Of a stretch of 64,000 nucleotides of DNA, positions 45,358 to 54,505 are shown one piece after another. The notes under the pieces were generated by a model, which was not told the origin of the DNA, did no database searches, and saw only the letters and a list, made by a program, of their open reading frames with translations. The DNA is from a virus (lineage: Duplodnaviria > Heunggongvirae > Uroviricota > Caudoviricetes). Made by a program: the position numbers and the translations under genes. The DNA lies in the IMG/VR virus record IMGVR_UViG_2724679237_000005, positions 1 to 64,000 of that record. The stretch is one strand, 5' to 3'. The first letter of the stretch is position 1, and every line of letters starts with the position of its first letter.

Positions 45358-46452
45358 ATGTCCACAAAAAATAAAAAAGGTAAAAATAACAAAGAAGTAG
45401 AAGATAATCTCGACAACTTTGAAGAAGGTTCCCTTGAATTGTACACAGGGGAACTTGTCCCTAATAGCAACAATACAGTCCAACCAATTGCGTTGATGCG
45501 GCTGGGGTTGTTCGTGCCCACGCTCAAGGGGACAAAATACAGCAAGCGTAACAAGCCAAATGAGATCGATGCTTCAAAGGAGCTTGTTCAGCTCGAAGTA
45601 GCCCGTTCTGAAGGCTATTCCGATATCAAGATAACCGGTCCTCGTCTCGACATGGATCATGATTTCAAAACGTGGGTGGGCGTTGTGCGTTCGCTGGCAG
45701 AATACGGCGAACCTAACGGTCGTGTCGAGTTAAGCATCACGAAATTTGCGAAGTTTTGTGGCTATCCATCGTCACAGATCCGCAAAACACTCCGCGACCG
45801 GCTTACAAACAGTCTTTTGAAGATCATGCGTACAACTCTGTCTTTCCAGAGAACGTATGAAGAAAAGAACGTCGACGGCTCTAACAAGATCTCGCTTCTG
45901 ATGGTGCACCTCATCAATAGCGTGGACTACAACGAGCAGAAAGATACGGTGGTGTTCTATGCAGAACCGAAGCTGGCCGAACTATATCGCTTTGACCATA
46001 AGGTTCTTTTGCAGTTAAAGGTTATCAATAAGCTACCACGCAAAGAAACAGCACAGGCTCTGTACACCTTCATCGAAAGTCTTCCAACCAAGCCTGCGCC
46101 GGTATCGCTTGCTCGATTGCGTGCGCGACTCAATTTGAGTAGTAGGAATGTCAGCTCGCAGAATCAGACTATACGTAACGGCTTAAAAGCTCTCCAAGAT
46201 TTGGGCTATCTCGAATACAGCGAGATTAAGCGTGGGCGGTCGATCTATATCCAGATTCACAGCCGCAATCCAAAACTCAAAGTCGCACCGCCAAAACCTG
46301 AAGACATCGAACCCAAAAAACCAGATGAGAAAGCTGGGGAAATTGATGCCAAACAGAACATTATCAACAAGATAACCGAACTTTCGCAGAATTTGACGCC
46401 TGAAAATATCAAGATGATTGAGATCCTTTCCAATAGTCTCAAACTGCTTTGA
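45358..46452 (+). CDS. repA: iteron-binding replication initiator RepA (P1/RepFIB type)
   Basis: ATG at 45358. 364 aa. NNTVQPIALMRLGLFVPTLK, ITGPRLDMDHDFKTWVGV, LLQLKVINKLPRKETAQALYTFIESLP and LARLRARLNL match my memory of RepFIB/P1 RepA. The upstream part of the tracked ORF just reads through the iterons. Confidence 0.9.
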   Translation: MSTKNKKGKNNKEVEDNLDNFEEGSLELYTGELVPNSNNTVQPIALMRLGLFVPTLKGTKYSKRNKPNEIDASKELVQLEVARSEGYSDIKITGPRLDMDHDFKTWVGVVRSLAEYGEPNGRVELSITKFAKFCGYPSSQIRKTLRDRLTNSLLKIMRTTLSFQRTYEEKNVDGSNKISLLMVHLINSVDYNEQKDTVVFYAEPKLAELYRFDHKVLLQLKVINKLPRKETAQALYTFIESLPTKPAPVSLARLRARLNLSSRNVSSQNQTIRNGLKALQDLGYLEYSEIKRGRSIYIQIHSRNPKLKVAPPKPEDIEPKKPDEKAGEIDAKQNIINKITELSQNLTPENIKMIEILSNSLKLL

Positions 46453-46983
46453 TATGCTGTCAGCGGTGAAATGTATGCTATCAGCGGCTATTTTTCTGAA
46501 AAGTATGCTGTGAACGGTTAAAGATATGCTACCAGCGGTATAGTGAGATGAACGTATGCTGTGAGCGGTAAATCATCTATCACCACTCAATGCTCTGTCA
46601 TACCTCCCCAGTGGTTACTAACCTCGAAGAGTGCATTCCATATAGGTTTGCGCTCACTAACATTCTATTGCTATTGCGCTGATTGCTTGTAGTGAAAGGC
46701 ATTTATTGCCTGCTGCTCCTGATAGAACGTATGCTGTCAGAGGTGTTTTATTGAGGAATTTTTGTTTGGATATGCTATCAGCGGTAATTAATGGCATATG
46801 TCAGACCTTCGTATGCTGCCAGCGGTAATTTTGTTCTGGTTATACCCATACCGGTACATATTATTCATGCAATGTCTTAAGTATGCTGTCAGCGGTAAAA
46901 AATCGAGTAAAGTATGCTGTGAGCGGTGAGATAGACTCTCGATATGCTATCAGCGGCAGTTGATTGTGTATGCTGTCAGCGGT
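46453..46983 (+). repeat. incA-like downstream iteron array (12 copies)
   Basis: TATGCTNNNARNGGY copies (TATGCT and GG invariant) start at 46453, 46474, 46504, 46525, 46555, 46729, 46770, 46812, 46882, 46913, 46944 and 46969. All are in the same orientation as the four upstream copies. Confidence 0.85.
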
Positions 46984-47030
46984 GACGACTATGAAATATG
47001 ACTGCGGAACGAGCCGCAGTCAGTTTGCAT

Positions 47031-47243
47031 TTAGTGTATTTTCTTCAACAGACCCCAAAGTGTTCCGGCTTTTGTAGTCAGTTTTCCTGTTTCTGGATCG
47101 TACATACGCCATTCACGCCGCTGGTGGACGATATACCCATCTTCACGTTCCAGACGCTCAAGAACGCCAGGCTGCTTGAAACCCTTAGCACGCCAGTATC
47201 CGCTTGTTTTCTCGATTTCCAGACCTGCTAGTGTTAATGCCAT
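47031..47243 (-). CDS. hypothetical small protein
   Basis: 70-aa ORF whose start abuts the stop of the upstream ORF. Confidence 0.5.
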   Translation of the reverse strand: MALTLAGLEIEKTSGYWRAKGFKQPGVLERLEREDGYIVHQRREWRMYDPETGKLTTKAGTLWGLLKKIH

Positions 47244-47578
47244 TATCCAACCTCCTTGCAGTCATCGAAAAGGTAGCTTTGCTGAGAAGCGTGAACGCCA
47301 TAGAAGCCCTTGTATTTGTTGTATACGAAGTGATCTTCTCCGACGCCGGTTAATTTGCCATTACGGTTTGTGAGATATGGGGATGACAATACTCGATCGT
47401 CACGCACAACATAGAACTGGTCGCCGCTGTCTACGACCATCGCGCCATATGGTGCTTTTATGACGTCGGTAAGAGCGCCATTCTTAACGTCGGCTACAGA
47501 CATTTCACACTGATAAACAGTGGTGTCGGCCACAACGATCGAAGAAAGGAACAACAGCGCGAATGGGATGGCCTTCAT
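47243..47578 (-). CDS. secreted protein
   Basis: 111 aa. Signal peptide MKAIPFALLFLSSIVVADT. Confidence 0.6.
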   Translation of the reverse strand: MKAIPFALLFLSSIVVADTTVYQCEMSVADVKNGALTDVIKAPYGAMVVDSGDQFYVVRDDRVLSSPYLTNRNGKLTGVGEDHFVYNKYKGFYGVHASQQSYLFDDCKEVG

Positions 47579-47754
47579 GCTGCCACCTCTTTGATTACAT
47601 CAAATGCTGAATTAAATACGAGCACGATAGCCAAAGCGTTTATGACTACGTCGTTCACCGGGGAAAAGACTTTACGAATGACACCAGTGAAAATGCTGTC
47701 GATGACAAAAGCTATTGACACGATGAGTAACAAGTATTCAATAAAAATCTTCAT
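47575..47754 (-). CDS. 59-aa membrane protein
   Basis: MKIFIEYLLLIVSIAFVIDSIF...ALAIVLVFNSAF. The stop overlaps the next start (ATGA). It falls below the ORF-track cutoff. Confidence 0.45.
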   Translation of the reverse strand: MKIFIEYLLLIVSIAFVIDSIFTGVIRKVFSPVNDVVINALAIVLVFNSAFDVIKEVAA

Positions 47755-47755
47755 G

Positions 47756-47775
47756 ATAGGTAGATACTAACTTAT
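47756..47775. promoter_or_regulatory. B-type palindromic operator-like motif
   Basis: ataggtagatactaacttat. Confidence 0.45.
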
Positions 47776-47793
47776 ATAAATTTTACTGTAAAC

Positions 47794-48069
47794 TCACTCA
47801 AAAGTGCTGATGCTTAAAATACGCTCAAGATGTGCGGCATCTTCATCACTGATTTGTTGAGTCTCTTCTACGTACCAACAGTTGCCGTTATGCCAACAAA
47901 CACCATCATCATCAACCATCACTGAATCAGCGTCATGACCTGTATATTCAACGAGAATACGCTGGATCAGCGCGTCAGTTTCCTCGTCGTTAAGGCCATT
48001 GGCTTTGACCATAAAAAGCGGAAACACGTCATAGACAGTGCTGGTAACGATTCGAACTAAAACTCTCAT
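47794..48069 (-). CDS. hypothetical small acidic protein
   Basis: 91-aa ORF with the backbone start context catgtattttt. Confidence 0.55.
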   Translation of the reverse strand: MRVLVRIVTSTVYDVFPLFMVKANGLNDEETDALIQRILVEYTGHDADSVMVDDDGVCWHNGNCWYVEETQQISDEDAAHLERILSISTFE

Positions 48070-48124
48070 GTATTTTTCCTTTTGTGGTTAGTGTTTACTT
48101 ATTTTGTTAGTTATGAATAGGCGA

Positions 48125-48550
48125 TCAATCTTCTTGTTTAGGGAAAAACTGTTCAATAACTCTGTCAACGGCTGTGTCTATATGGAGTAGATGCCACACA
48201 ACCATATCTTTGCTCCCCATGCCTTGTGTGAATATCACGTCATACTTACGCCATGCGCAGTGGAACCAATATGCTGAGTCATCAATTGGTAAATCCTCTC
48301 CCGCCTCTTTGAAGTATTTCAGCAGCATTGCTTGCTCTGCCGTTGGCGTTGGGCCTATTTCCTGAGCGTACATACGGATAAATCGCTGCCAGTCTGTCTC
48401 GTCGGTGGTCGGATCTGGTGGATTCATTTCGGCGATAGCGTTTCGTAGCTGATGCGCCCAATCAGGTTCAGGAAAGCCTTTTGATACTTCATCATCAATA
48501 ACATCCAGAGCCGCGTTTGCGGCATCGTAGAGTTTCTTAATTGCTGCCAT
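48125..48550 (-). CDS. hypothetical protein
   Basis: 141-aa ORF. Confidence 0.55.
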   Translation of the reverse strand: MAAIKKLYDAANAALDVIDDEVSKGFPEPDWAHQLRNAIAEMNPPDPTTDETDWQRFIRMYAQEIGPTPTAEQAMLLKYFKEAGEDLPIDDSAYWFHCAWRKYDVIFTQGMGSKDMVVWHLLHIDTAVDRVIEQFFPKQED

Positions 48551-48613
48551 GTTTTACTTCTCCTTATAAATAGGAAAATAATCACCTTTGAAAAAAATAA
48601 AGCAAAGATATAT

Positions 48614-48880
48614 TCACTCCGATACAAGACGTTTATATGCTTCAATATCTCGCCGTGCTTCACCGAGCTTCCTCCTTAGATCCATATTTTCCAATTCAAG
48701 TTTCTCCATGTCTTTTTGGTATCGATCGCGGTGTTCTTTCCATGCTTTTCGATACGCCTTCATGTATGTCGTATTAGCTTTTCTCTTTGCCTGACGAACA
48801 GCATGGTGGTTTTCTATAAACCAGTCAGGGTCGTTAAATGCGACCAACGCCAACCACTTCACCAATCCCTTTGTCTTCAC
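48614..48880 (-). CDS. hypothetical coiled-coil protein (start uncertain)
   Basis: The tracked ORF begins at a GTG and overlaps the small lipoprotein ORF by 47 nt. The real start may lie further downstream. Confidence 0.4.
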   Translation of the reverse strand: MKTKGLVKWLALVAFNDPDWFIENHHAVRQAKRKANTTYMKAYRKAWKEHRDRYQKDMEKLELENMDLRRKLGEARRDIEAYKRLVSE

Positions 48881-48989
48881 CTAATTTGTTTACTTTGATG
48901 CCAACGTATCCAGGCTCCACGCGATCGCAGCCAGTAAGACCCATTGTGCAAATAGCCGCCAGAGCAACTGCAAGTAAACCTTTCTTCAT
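48834..48989 (-). CDS. 51-aa putative lipoprotein
   Basis: MKKGLLAVALAAICTMGLTGC has the lipobox LTGC. It starts 3 nt after the upstream ORF's stop and falls below the ORF-track cutoff. Confidence 0.4.
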   Translation of the reverse strand: MKKGLLAVALAAICTMGLTGCDRVEPGYVGIKVNKLGEDKGIGEVVGVGRI

Positions 48990-48992
48990 TAC

Positions 48993-49193
48993 TTATTTCC
49001 CCTTTGCTTTGATTAATGAGTTGATAAACTTACGACCAGCAATAAGACCGATTACAGGAGCACCAAAACCAACGATAACTCCAAACATGACGGCTAAATC
49101 ACTCTTGGTAGAAATCAGCGACGGAACCAGTAAACCGTAGATGAGAGCCACTGAAAGGCCTGTGGCTACTGCCAATAGATAGATTTTGATCAT
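48993..49193 (-). CDS. 66-aa membrane protein (two TM segments)
   Basis: IYLLAVATGLSVALIYGLLV and LAVMFGVIVGFGAPVIGLIA. Confidence 0.55.
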   Translation of the reverse strand: MIKIYLLAVATGLSVALIYGLLVPSLISTKSDLAVMFGVIVGFGAPVIGLIAGRKFINSLIKAKGK

Positions 49194-49225
49194 GTGTTTT
49201 CCTATGTGGTTGTTATGCGAAAATA

Positions 49226-49241
49226 ATAAGTAAGTACTTAT
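49226..49241. promoter_or_regulatory. B-type palindromic operator-like motif
   Basis: ataagtaagtacttat. Confidence 0.55.
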
Positions 49242-49285
49242 ATATTTTCAAGAGATAAAAAAGGCGTCCTGTGGACGCCTTGTGT

Positions 49286-50359
49286 TTACTCTTCTACTGA
49301 CTCGGTGGGGTTGTCTTTTGCTCTTCGGTCGTCGATTGCCTGCAAAGCCGCAATGATTTCAGCCAGTGGCTTCTCCCGATACATCTCGACGATCTGCGAT
49401 TTGGTGTATTTCTTGTCACCAATTTCAACTCGCCCGCTGGCGTTCTTTGGCAGGTATCCTTCTTCCAGCATGTACTCGACGAGCGATTCGATAACGTCGA
49501 GGCCACGAGTAGGATCGAAGTAGAATTTCCAGGTGCATTTGCCATACGGTGGTGCAACTTTGTTTTTGATGCATTCTGCGCCTACGTCCTGGCCGATCTT
49601 CTCTTTACCATCCTTCATCACCGATGCACCAAGACGGATACGTACAGAAGCGTAGAACTTCGGTGAATCCCCACCTGGCGACGTAGTAGGGTCGCCAAAC
49701 ATTACACCGATTTTTGTGCGAACCTGATTCAAGAAGATGATGCAGGCGTTGTATTTGCGTGCCCACAAAGCCAGAGTAGGGAAGTTCGCACTCGTCGCAC
49801 GAGCCAGTGCCGTATTGTCGTTCATGTTTAGCTGATCTTTGTCTTTGGCAGTGCCTTCAGCCATCTTTTCGAACTTCTCGGCTTTGGAGTTCGGAACCAT
49901 AGACGCAAGAGAGTCAGCCACGATACAGATTGGTGCTGATTCGGGGATAAGCTCTTCATCACGAACCAATTTAAGTATTGTGCCGATCAACTCTACAGAG
50001 TCTTCGAAGGTATCTGGCTGCTTGTATACCCACTGACCGTCATCCTCATCTGCGTTCAGGCCATTGGCGACAGCCAGGCCAACGTCAAAACTGTTTTCAT
50101 GATCGAGGAATACCGCCAGACCATCTTGTTTTTGAGCGGAGATCATCGCTGCTGTTGCAAGGAACGTTTTCCCTGCACTTGGAGGACCGAATACTTCGAC
50201 GATACGACCACATGGGAAGCCGCCATCGTAACGACCAGAAATAGCTTTGTTTAACGGTGGAAAGCCTGTATCAATCCAATGAGTTACTTTCTGAATTTCG
50301 TCGTTGCTACCGATTTTCTTTTTCAGAGCAAGTGCCAGTGCGGATTTTCCTTTTGCCAT
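49286..50359 (-). CDS. RecA-family recombinase
   Basis: 357 aa. PPLNKAISGRYDGGFPCGRIVEVFGPPSAGKT (Walker A), ICIVADS (Walker B) and a RecA-like layout. Confidence 0.8.
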   Translation of the reverse strand: MAKGKSALALALKKKIGSNDEIQKVTHWIDTGFPPLNKAISGRYDGGFPCGRIVEVFGPPSAGKTFLATAAMISAQKQDGLAVFLDHENSFDVGLAVANGLNADEDDGQWVYKQPDTFEDSVELIGTILKLVRDEELIPESAPICIVADSLASMVPNSKAEKFEKMAEGTAKDKDQLNMNDNTALARATSANFPTLALWARKYNACIIFLNQVRTKIGVMFGDPTTSPGGDSPKFYASVRIRLGASVMKDGKEKIGQDVGAECIKNKVAPPYGKCTWKFYFDPTRGLDVIESLVEYMLEEGYLPKNASGRVEIGDKKYTKSQIVEMYREKPLAEIIAALQAIDDRRAKDNPTESVEE

Positions 50360-50361
50360 GA

Positions 50362-50634
50362 TCAGGCTCCTTTTGTTTCGTTGATTCGTTTTAAAGCGGC
50401 GGATTCATCGAATACAATCGCATCGTGGTTAAGGAGTCTGGATACACGAGCGAGGATTTTTACGACCTGCTCGCTGACTAATCCAAACTCGCGATCTGTC
50501 GCTTTCATTCCGGCAGCGCCTAGAATTGACGGCAGTGCGATGACAGCGTACTCACCGTGATAAAAGACAATCTCTTTTGCCAGTTGGGCAGGGGTGGTTG
50601 TAGCGCCATTGATAATCGATTTAAGCATTAGCAA
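50362..50634 (-). CDS. hypothetical small protein
   Basis: 90-aa ORF tightly packed between the FEN and RecA-like genes. Confidence 0.5.
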   Translation of the reverse strand: MLMLKSIINGATTTPAQLAKEIVFYHGEYAVIALPSILGAAGMKATDREFGLVSEQVVKILARVSRLLNHDAIVFDESAALKRINETKGA

Positions 50635-51623
50635 TACCTTTCGAATGGAAGAACAAACACTTCAAGGTCTTCAAGGAACGAACGGAAATTCAGCTCGTAG
50701 CACAGTTGCTCGAATGCTTTCACGTCACGATTGCCTTTGATTGTTTCGATTTCGGTAGGCGGAAACTTCGTCTCAATCAGGTTCATTAGCGTGATGTTTC
50801 TCTTGAACGCTTCGAGCATTCGACAGCCTGTTTTCTCGTTGAAGGCATTCTTCGCTAGTTTGTTGAAGGCGGTCTTATGACGCCCTTTATTAACCACGAT
50901 TGAGCCGTCGTTGATGCCGCGTACCATCGTTGCGACACTTCCCCATTCATGCAGCAGCTCTTTCGCACCGCCAGCACCAATGCCACCAACACCGCTAATG
51001 TTGTCCGAGTTATCGCCTTGTAATGCTTTTGCTTCCAAAAATGCGCGAGGCGTGGCGAATCCTGTCAGCTCCGCAAATTGCTCAAAATTAACCTGCTTGT
51101 TTTTGGCGTCTTCACGCAGGCTTACCCAGCTTACGTTTTCACGAACTAACTGAAGCCAGTCGCTATCGCCTGTTAACAGATAGATGTGTTCAACGGTTGG
51201 CTGCGGTGCCATGCGGGATACCAGCAGCCCGGCCAGATCATCCGCTTCTGCATCTTTTGCAATGAGTTGGGTAACTCCAAGCGCGGTCATCATTTTGAGG
51301 ATGTATGGCTTCTGGATAGCAAAGCCTTCCTTCATCTTTTTCATATCAGGATCGTCGTCGCGATTTGCTTTGTAGTCCGGGTAAAAGTCGCGACGCTTGT
51401 CACTAAATCCATCCCAAAGAATCATAGGTCGGGCATGGAGGATGGAGGCATAACGACGGACGTTCTTAACAAAGCCGAAAGCAGCCTGTACTTCCATTTC
51501 GCCGTTGTGCAATTTGTCAGATTGTTGGTGGTAATAACCCAGGCTATTGCCATCTACGAAGAGATAATTCACCGGTACATTCCTTCCAAAAAGTAAGGCG
51601 TCCGTAGACGCCTTACTGGTCAC
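50628..51623 (-). CDS. 5'-3' exonuclease / flap endonuclease (T5 D15 / Pol I N-terminal type)
   Basis: 331 aa. LLTGDSDWLQLV and GDNSDNISGVGGIGAGGAKELL (H3TH). Confidence 0.85.
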   Translation of the reverse strand: MTSKASTDALLFGRNVPVNYLFVDGNSLGYYHQQSDKLHNGEMEVQAAFGFVKNVRRYASILHARPMILWDGFSDKRRDFYPDYKANRDDDPDMKKMKEGFAIQKPYILKMMTALGVTQLIAKDAEADDLAGLLVSRMAPQPTVEHIYLLTGDSDWLQLVRENVSWVSLREDAKNKQVNFEQFAELTGFATPRAFLEAKALQGDNSDNISGVGGIGAGGAKELLHEWGSVATMVRGINDGSIVVNKGRHKTAFNKLAKNAFNEKTGCRMLEAFKRNITLMNLIETKFPPTEIETIKGNRDVKAFEQLCYELNFRSFLEDLEVFVLPFERYC

Positions 51624-51632
51624 GTAATGGGA

Positions 51633-52661
51633 TTACAGAGAGTCCAGCTCTCTCAGTAGGTCATCCAGACCTTCATCTTCCGTCGCAGATGCGGTTGCTA
51701 CAGATGTCGCTGCGACTGCTTCAGACTCTTTGACTGATACGGCAACGGCAGCGGAACTTGCCTCTGGTTTAAATTCAGTTTCAACGGCACGGAGGATTTC
51801 TTCATCAACCAGACTGGTTGGTTCAGAAGCCGGTGTGTGCGCGGTTGCTACAGCCGTCGCTCCTTCTGTATGACCAGTGACAGAGCCAAATCCAGGTAGT
51901 GCCGCAGCCGATGTTTTCGCGGTTGAGGAAATTGCTGGTGCAGATGCTGCGGCAGTTGGTGCAGCGATGCCAATCAGACGACCCATAGTGCGAACTGTCG
52001 ACAGAAGACGAGTTTCATCAGCCTGATTTGCGTATGCGATCAGATCATGCTGGGTGTTCCAGAATTTATCTTCGATATCGCCTTTGTAGACTTTACGCTT
52101 AGGCGAGACGTCATATTTGGTATCGCGACCAGAGCCAGTACGTTTAATCAGGAATGCGTAGCCTTCCTCTTTGCTCAGTGGATTGCCGATATCATCAGCG
52201 ATGTCTTCGGTGATTGCTTTGCAGATATCATCGAATACAGTAGACGGCAGCTCGATTAACTGGCATTTCTCAGCATCTGCGAAATCCTCACGAGCAGAAA
52301 GAATGCCGTTGACCAGGTAGCGAGGAGTGGCACGCATTTGACCGATGCGTTCTTCCATTGCTTTGTTACCCTTGTGACGAGCGCGACCTTCCATCACCAT
52401 TTCGCATAGCTGACAAGCGCGACCGTGAGTATGTTGCTCACAAATATAAGCGTTGGTTGCTTCTTTACCTTCCTCGTTCTGATACTTAACGTAGTGCATA
52501 CCGAAAGTCTGGAAGAACTTACCGTTTGGGTCGTCTTTATTCGGGAAGATGCGGATATAGTTGACGCCGTCTTTTAAGCGAGTCAGATCAACGTTGTTAC
52601 CACGTTTGGCGGCAATGTCTTCACGAGTTTTGTTAAGCAAATCAAGTAATGTCTTAGACAT
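51633..52661 (-). CDS. single-stranded DNA-binding protein candidate (gp32-like)
   Basis: 342 aa. Zn-type cluster CEQHTHGRACQLC, an Ala/Ser/Thr-rich linker and an acidic tail EDEGLDDLLRELDSL. Sits among replication genes. Confidence 0.5.
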   Translation of the reverse strand: MSKTLLDLLNKTREDIAAKRGNNVDLTRLKDGVNYIRIFPNKDDPNGKFFQTFGMHYVKYQNEEGKEATNAYICEQHTHGRACQLCEMVMEGRARHKGNKAMEERIGQMRATPRYLVNGILSAREDFADAEKCQLIELPSTVFDDICKAITEDIADDIGNPLSKEEGYAFLIKRTGSGRDTKYDVSPKRKVYKGDIEDKFWNTQHDLIAYANQADETRLLSTVRTMGRLIGIAAPTAAASAPAISSTAKTSAAALPGFGSVTGHTEGATAVATAHTPASEPTSLVDEEILRAVETEFKPEASSAAVAVSVKESEAVAATSVATASATEDEGLDDLLRELDSL

Positions 52662-52745
52662 GTGTTTCTCCTTGTTGTGATTTGGCCGATGGCGCTATGC
52701 GCGTTGGGCTTTCGTTCATTCGTGGCTCTTTCGAGCTGTTAAATG

Positions 52746-52765
52746 ATAGATCAGTACTTACTTAT
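52746..52765. promoter_or_regulatory. B-type palindromic operator-like motif
   Basis: atagatcagtacttacttat. Confidence 0.45.
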
Positions 52766-52778
52766 TATCTATCAAAAA

Positions 52779-53234
52779 TCAACGGGGAGTAATAAAGCGT
52801 TCAGAGCCTAATCGCTCTAATTCAACGATGGCCATCTTTGACGCCTGAACGATCATGTCTCGGCGATGCGAAAAGGCGGCGACAGCATGTTTGTATATGT
52901 CTGCGATGTGCCGTGCTTCATCCAACTTCTGCCGTTTAGACAGATACTGTGGGTTTGTTTTAACCTTAGCGTCCAGTACAGATTCGTTGAACTTAATGCC
53001 GTTCATACTCAAGTTCTTACGCTCTGTGTCGTATAGCTTTGCTTCAACAGCTTCAAGGTTAAGTTTTGCTTCTGCGACACTTCTTTCTGCATGGGCGAGT
53101 TTTGAGCCATATTCCATCAACAGGCGGGGTTGTCTACGCCAGACTTCTTCCAGATTGTCTCGGTCAAACTCGAGATCAGACATTATTTTCTCGTAAATAT
53201 CGGCGATCATGCGCATTTCCTTATCACTTATCAT
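52779..53234 (-). CDS. hypothetical coiled-coil protein
   Basis: 151-aa ORF. Confidence 0.5.
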   Translation of the reverse strand: MISDKEMRMIADIYEKIMSDLEFDRDNLEEVWRRQPRLLMEYGSKLAHAERSVAEAKLNLEAVEAKLYDTERKNLSMNGIKFNESVLDAKVKTNPQYLSKRQKLDEARHIADIYKHAVAAFSHRRDMIVQASKMAIVELERLGSERFITPR

Positions 53235-53335
53235 TTTGTATTGATTATATCATTGTAATGATGAGGCAATGAGCTTGAAGATAGGGGGGGGAGGGGATAA
53301 GGGAAAACATGGCCTTTATGGCCATGTTTATTGGA

Positions 53336-54505
53336 TCACGTCTTAATAGTTTCTGCTACGTCGGCTAATATCGCTTCTAGTCGTTCTCCCTCTTCAGGTC
53401 TGAAGTAAAGAATGTTGGGGTTAAACCCGTAAAAGACAGTAACGTCAAGGTCTGGAAGATACTCCTTCCTGCCGACCAAATCGGATGGCTTGTTTTTGTT
53501 GTTAAACAATGCCGTTGCCCGGCTGCCACACGTCAGCACATAGGTCGGACGCACCAGATTGATCTCTTCACGTATAAAGTCGGTGAACTGGCCGATCTCG
53601 TCTTTGGTGTAGTCTTTTTCTTTGTCTTTAACCTTCTTGCAAACGCCTGTGACATAGAGATCGCCCATGCGTAAATCTCCAGCCGTCAATAGCTTGGCCT
53701 TAAAGTCGTCGTATCCGTTCTCCATAAAGTAACCGGTTCGAGCATCATTGCCGTTCGCATTGTCCAGAATGATCATGATTTTCGGCTTAATACCAATGCT
53801 GGGGCGGATTAGTTCATCACCTAAGCCCATTTCAGCCGCCATCCGCGTCATGAGTACGTTAATTTCAGCCGAACGTTTGGGGTTCATCTCAAACGAACGT
53901 GAGGCTTTAACTGCGTCTATGACAAGATTTCCCATCAATTCAGCCTGGTCGCGTAGGCGCTCTGGAGCAGTTGCTGGCAGACTACCTGGCTCGATGGATG
54001 CAAACGCCCCTACTTTTTGCAGCGATTCGCGCACTCGACTATTACAGGCACGTTTCTCGACAGCTTCTTCGAATTGCGCCAGTGACTCGAATTTGCCGCC
54101 AACTTTTTCTCGCGCTCTCATGATGGCTTGGCAGCCATTCTCAGAACACCCCTTCACAGCAGAGAATGGCGCATACAGCACCTGGCTGCCATCTTCAAGC
54201 GTGCGGATCTCGATTCGGTTAGATGACACGTTAACGTCTGGTGGCAATACGCGAATTCCATAGGTCAGCGCATCTTTAACCAGCCCTTGGTGTTTATCTT
54301 CGCCAAGAATAGTGAGAGCAGCAGCGAAAAACTCTGCGGGATAATGAGTTTTCAACCACATAGATTGATAACTGATTAAGGAGTAAGCAACAGAGTGTGA
54401 TTTGTTGAAGGCATACGCGCCGGATTTCTCAAACATATTCCAGATTTCTTCGGCTCGTTCGTGCGTCAGGCCATTGCTCTCTTCAACTACACTGGTAATT
54501 TTCAT
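53336..54505 (-). CDS. dnaE: DNA polymerase III alpha, C-terminal fragment, fused to a UDG-fold-like domain
   Basis: 389 aa. AYAFNKSHSVAYSLISYQSMWLKTHYPAEF is the DnaE finger/HhH region. The C-terminal ~150 aa (KIMIILDNANGND...LYVTGVCKK...TCGSRATALF...FNPN) follow a family-4 UDG-like pattern without the catalytic motifs. The start overlaps the HNH gene's stop. Confidence 0.8.
   Translation of the reverse strand: MKITSVVEESNGLTHERAEEIWNMFEKSGAYAFNKSHSVAYSLISYQSMWLKTHYPAEFFAAALTILGEDKHQGLVKDALTYGIRVLPPDVNVSSNRIEIRTLEDGSQVLYAPFSAVKGCSENGCQAIMRAREKVGGKFESLAQFEEAVEKRACNSRVRESLQKVGAFASIEPGSLPATAPERLRDQAELMGNLVIDAVKASRSFEMNPKRSAEINVLMTRMAAEMGLGDELIRPSIGIKPKIMIILDNANGNDARTGYFMENGYDDFKAKLLTAGDLRMGDLYVTGVCKKVKDKEKDYTKDEIGQFTDFIREEINLVRPTYVLTCGSRATALFNNKNKPSDLVGRKEYLPDLDVTVFYGFNPNILYFRPEEGERLEAILADVAETIKT

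Noticed and set aside
45119-45483. ORFs 45119-45367 (-) and 45265-45483 (-), and the 5' extension of repA to 45238.
   Set aside because: They overlap the DnaA boxes, GATC repeats and iterons of the origin. repA has a clean ATG at 45358, from which point similarity to RepFIB/P1 RepA begins.
46453-46983. Possibility that the regularly repeated 15-mers form a CRISPR array.
   Set aside because: The repeats are too short (15 bp) and imperfect, with irregular 6-55 bp gaps. Copies also lie upstream of repA. No cas genes or leader are present. The arrangement is the classic iteron and incA layout.
48614-48989. Frameshifted SPFH/band-7 gene formed by joining the 51-aa lipoprotein ORF (VEPGYVGIKVNKLGEDKG resembles SPFH N-termini) to the 88-aa ORF.
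   Set aside because: The downstream frame is a basic coiled coil with no SPFH-like beta-rich core. The combined length (about 130 aa) is also too short. I kept them as two separate low-confidence ORFs.
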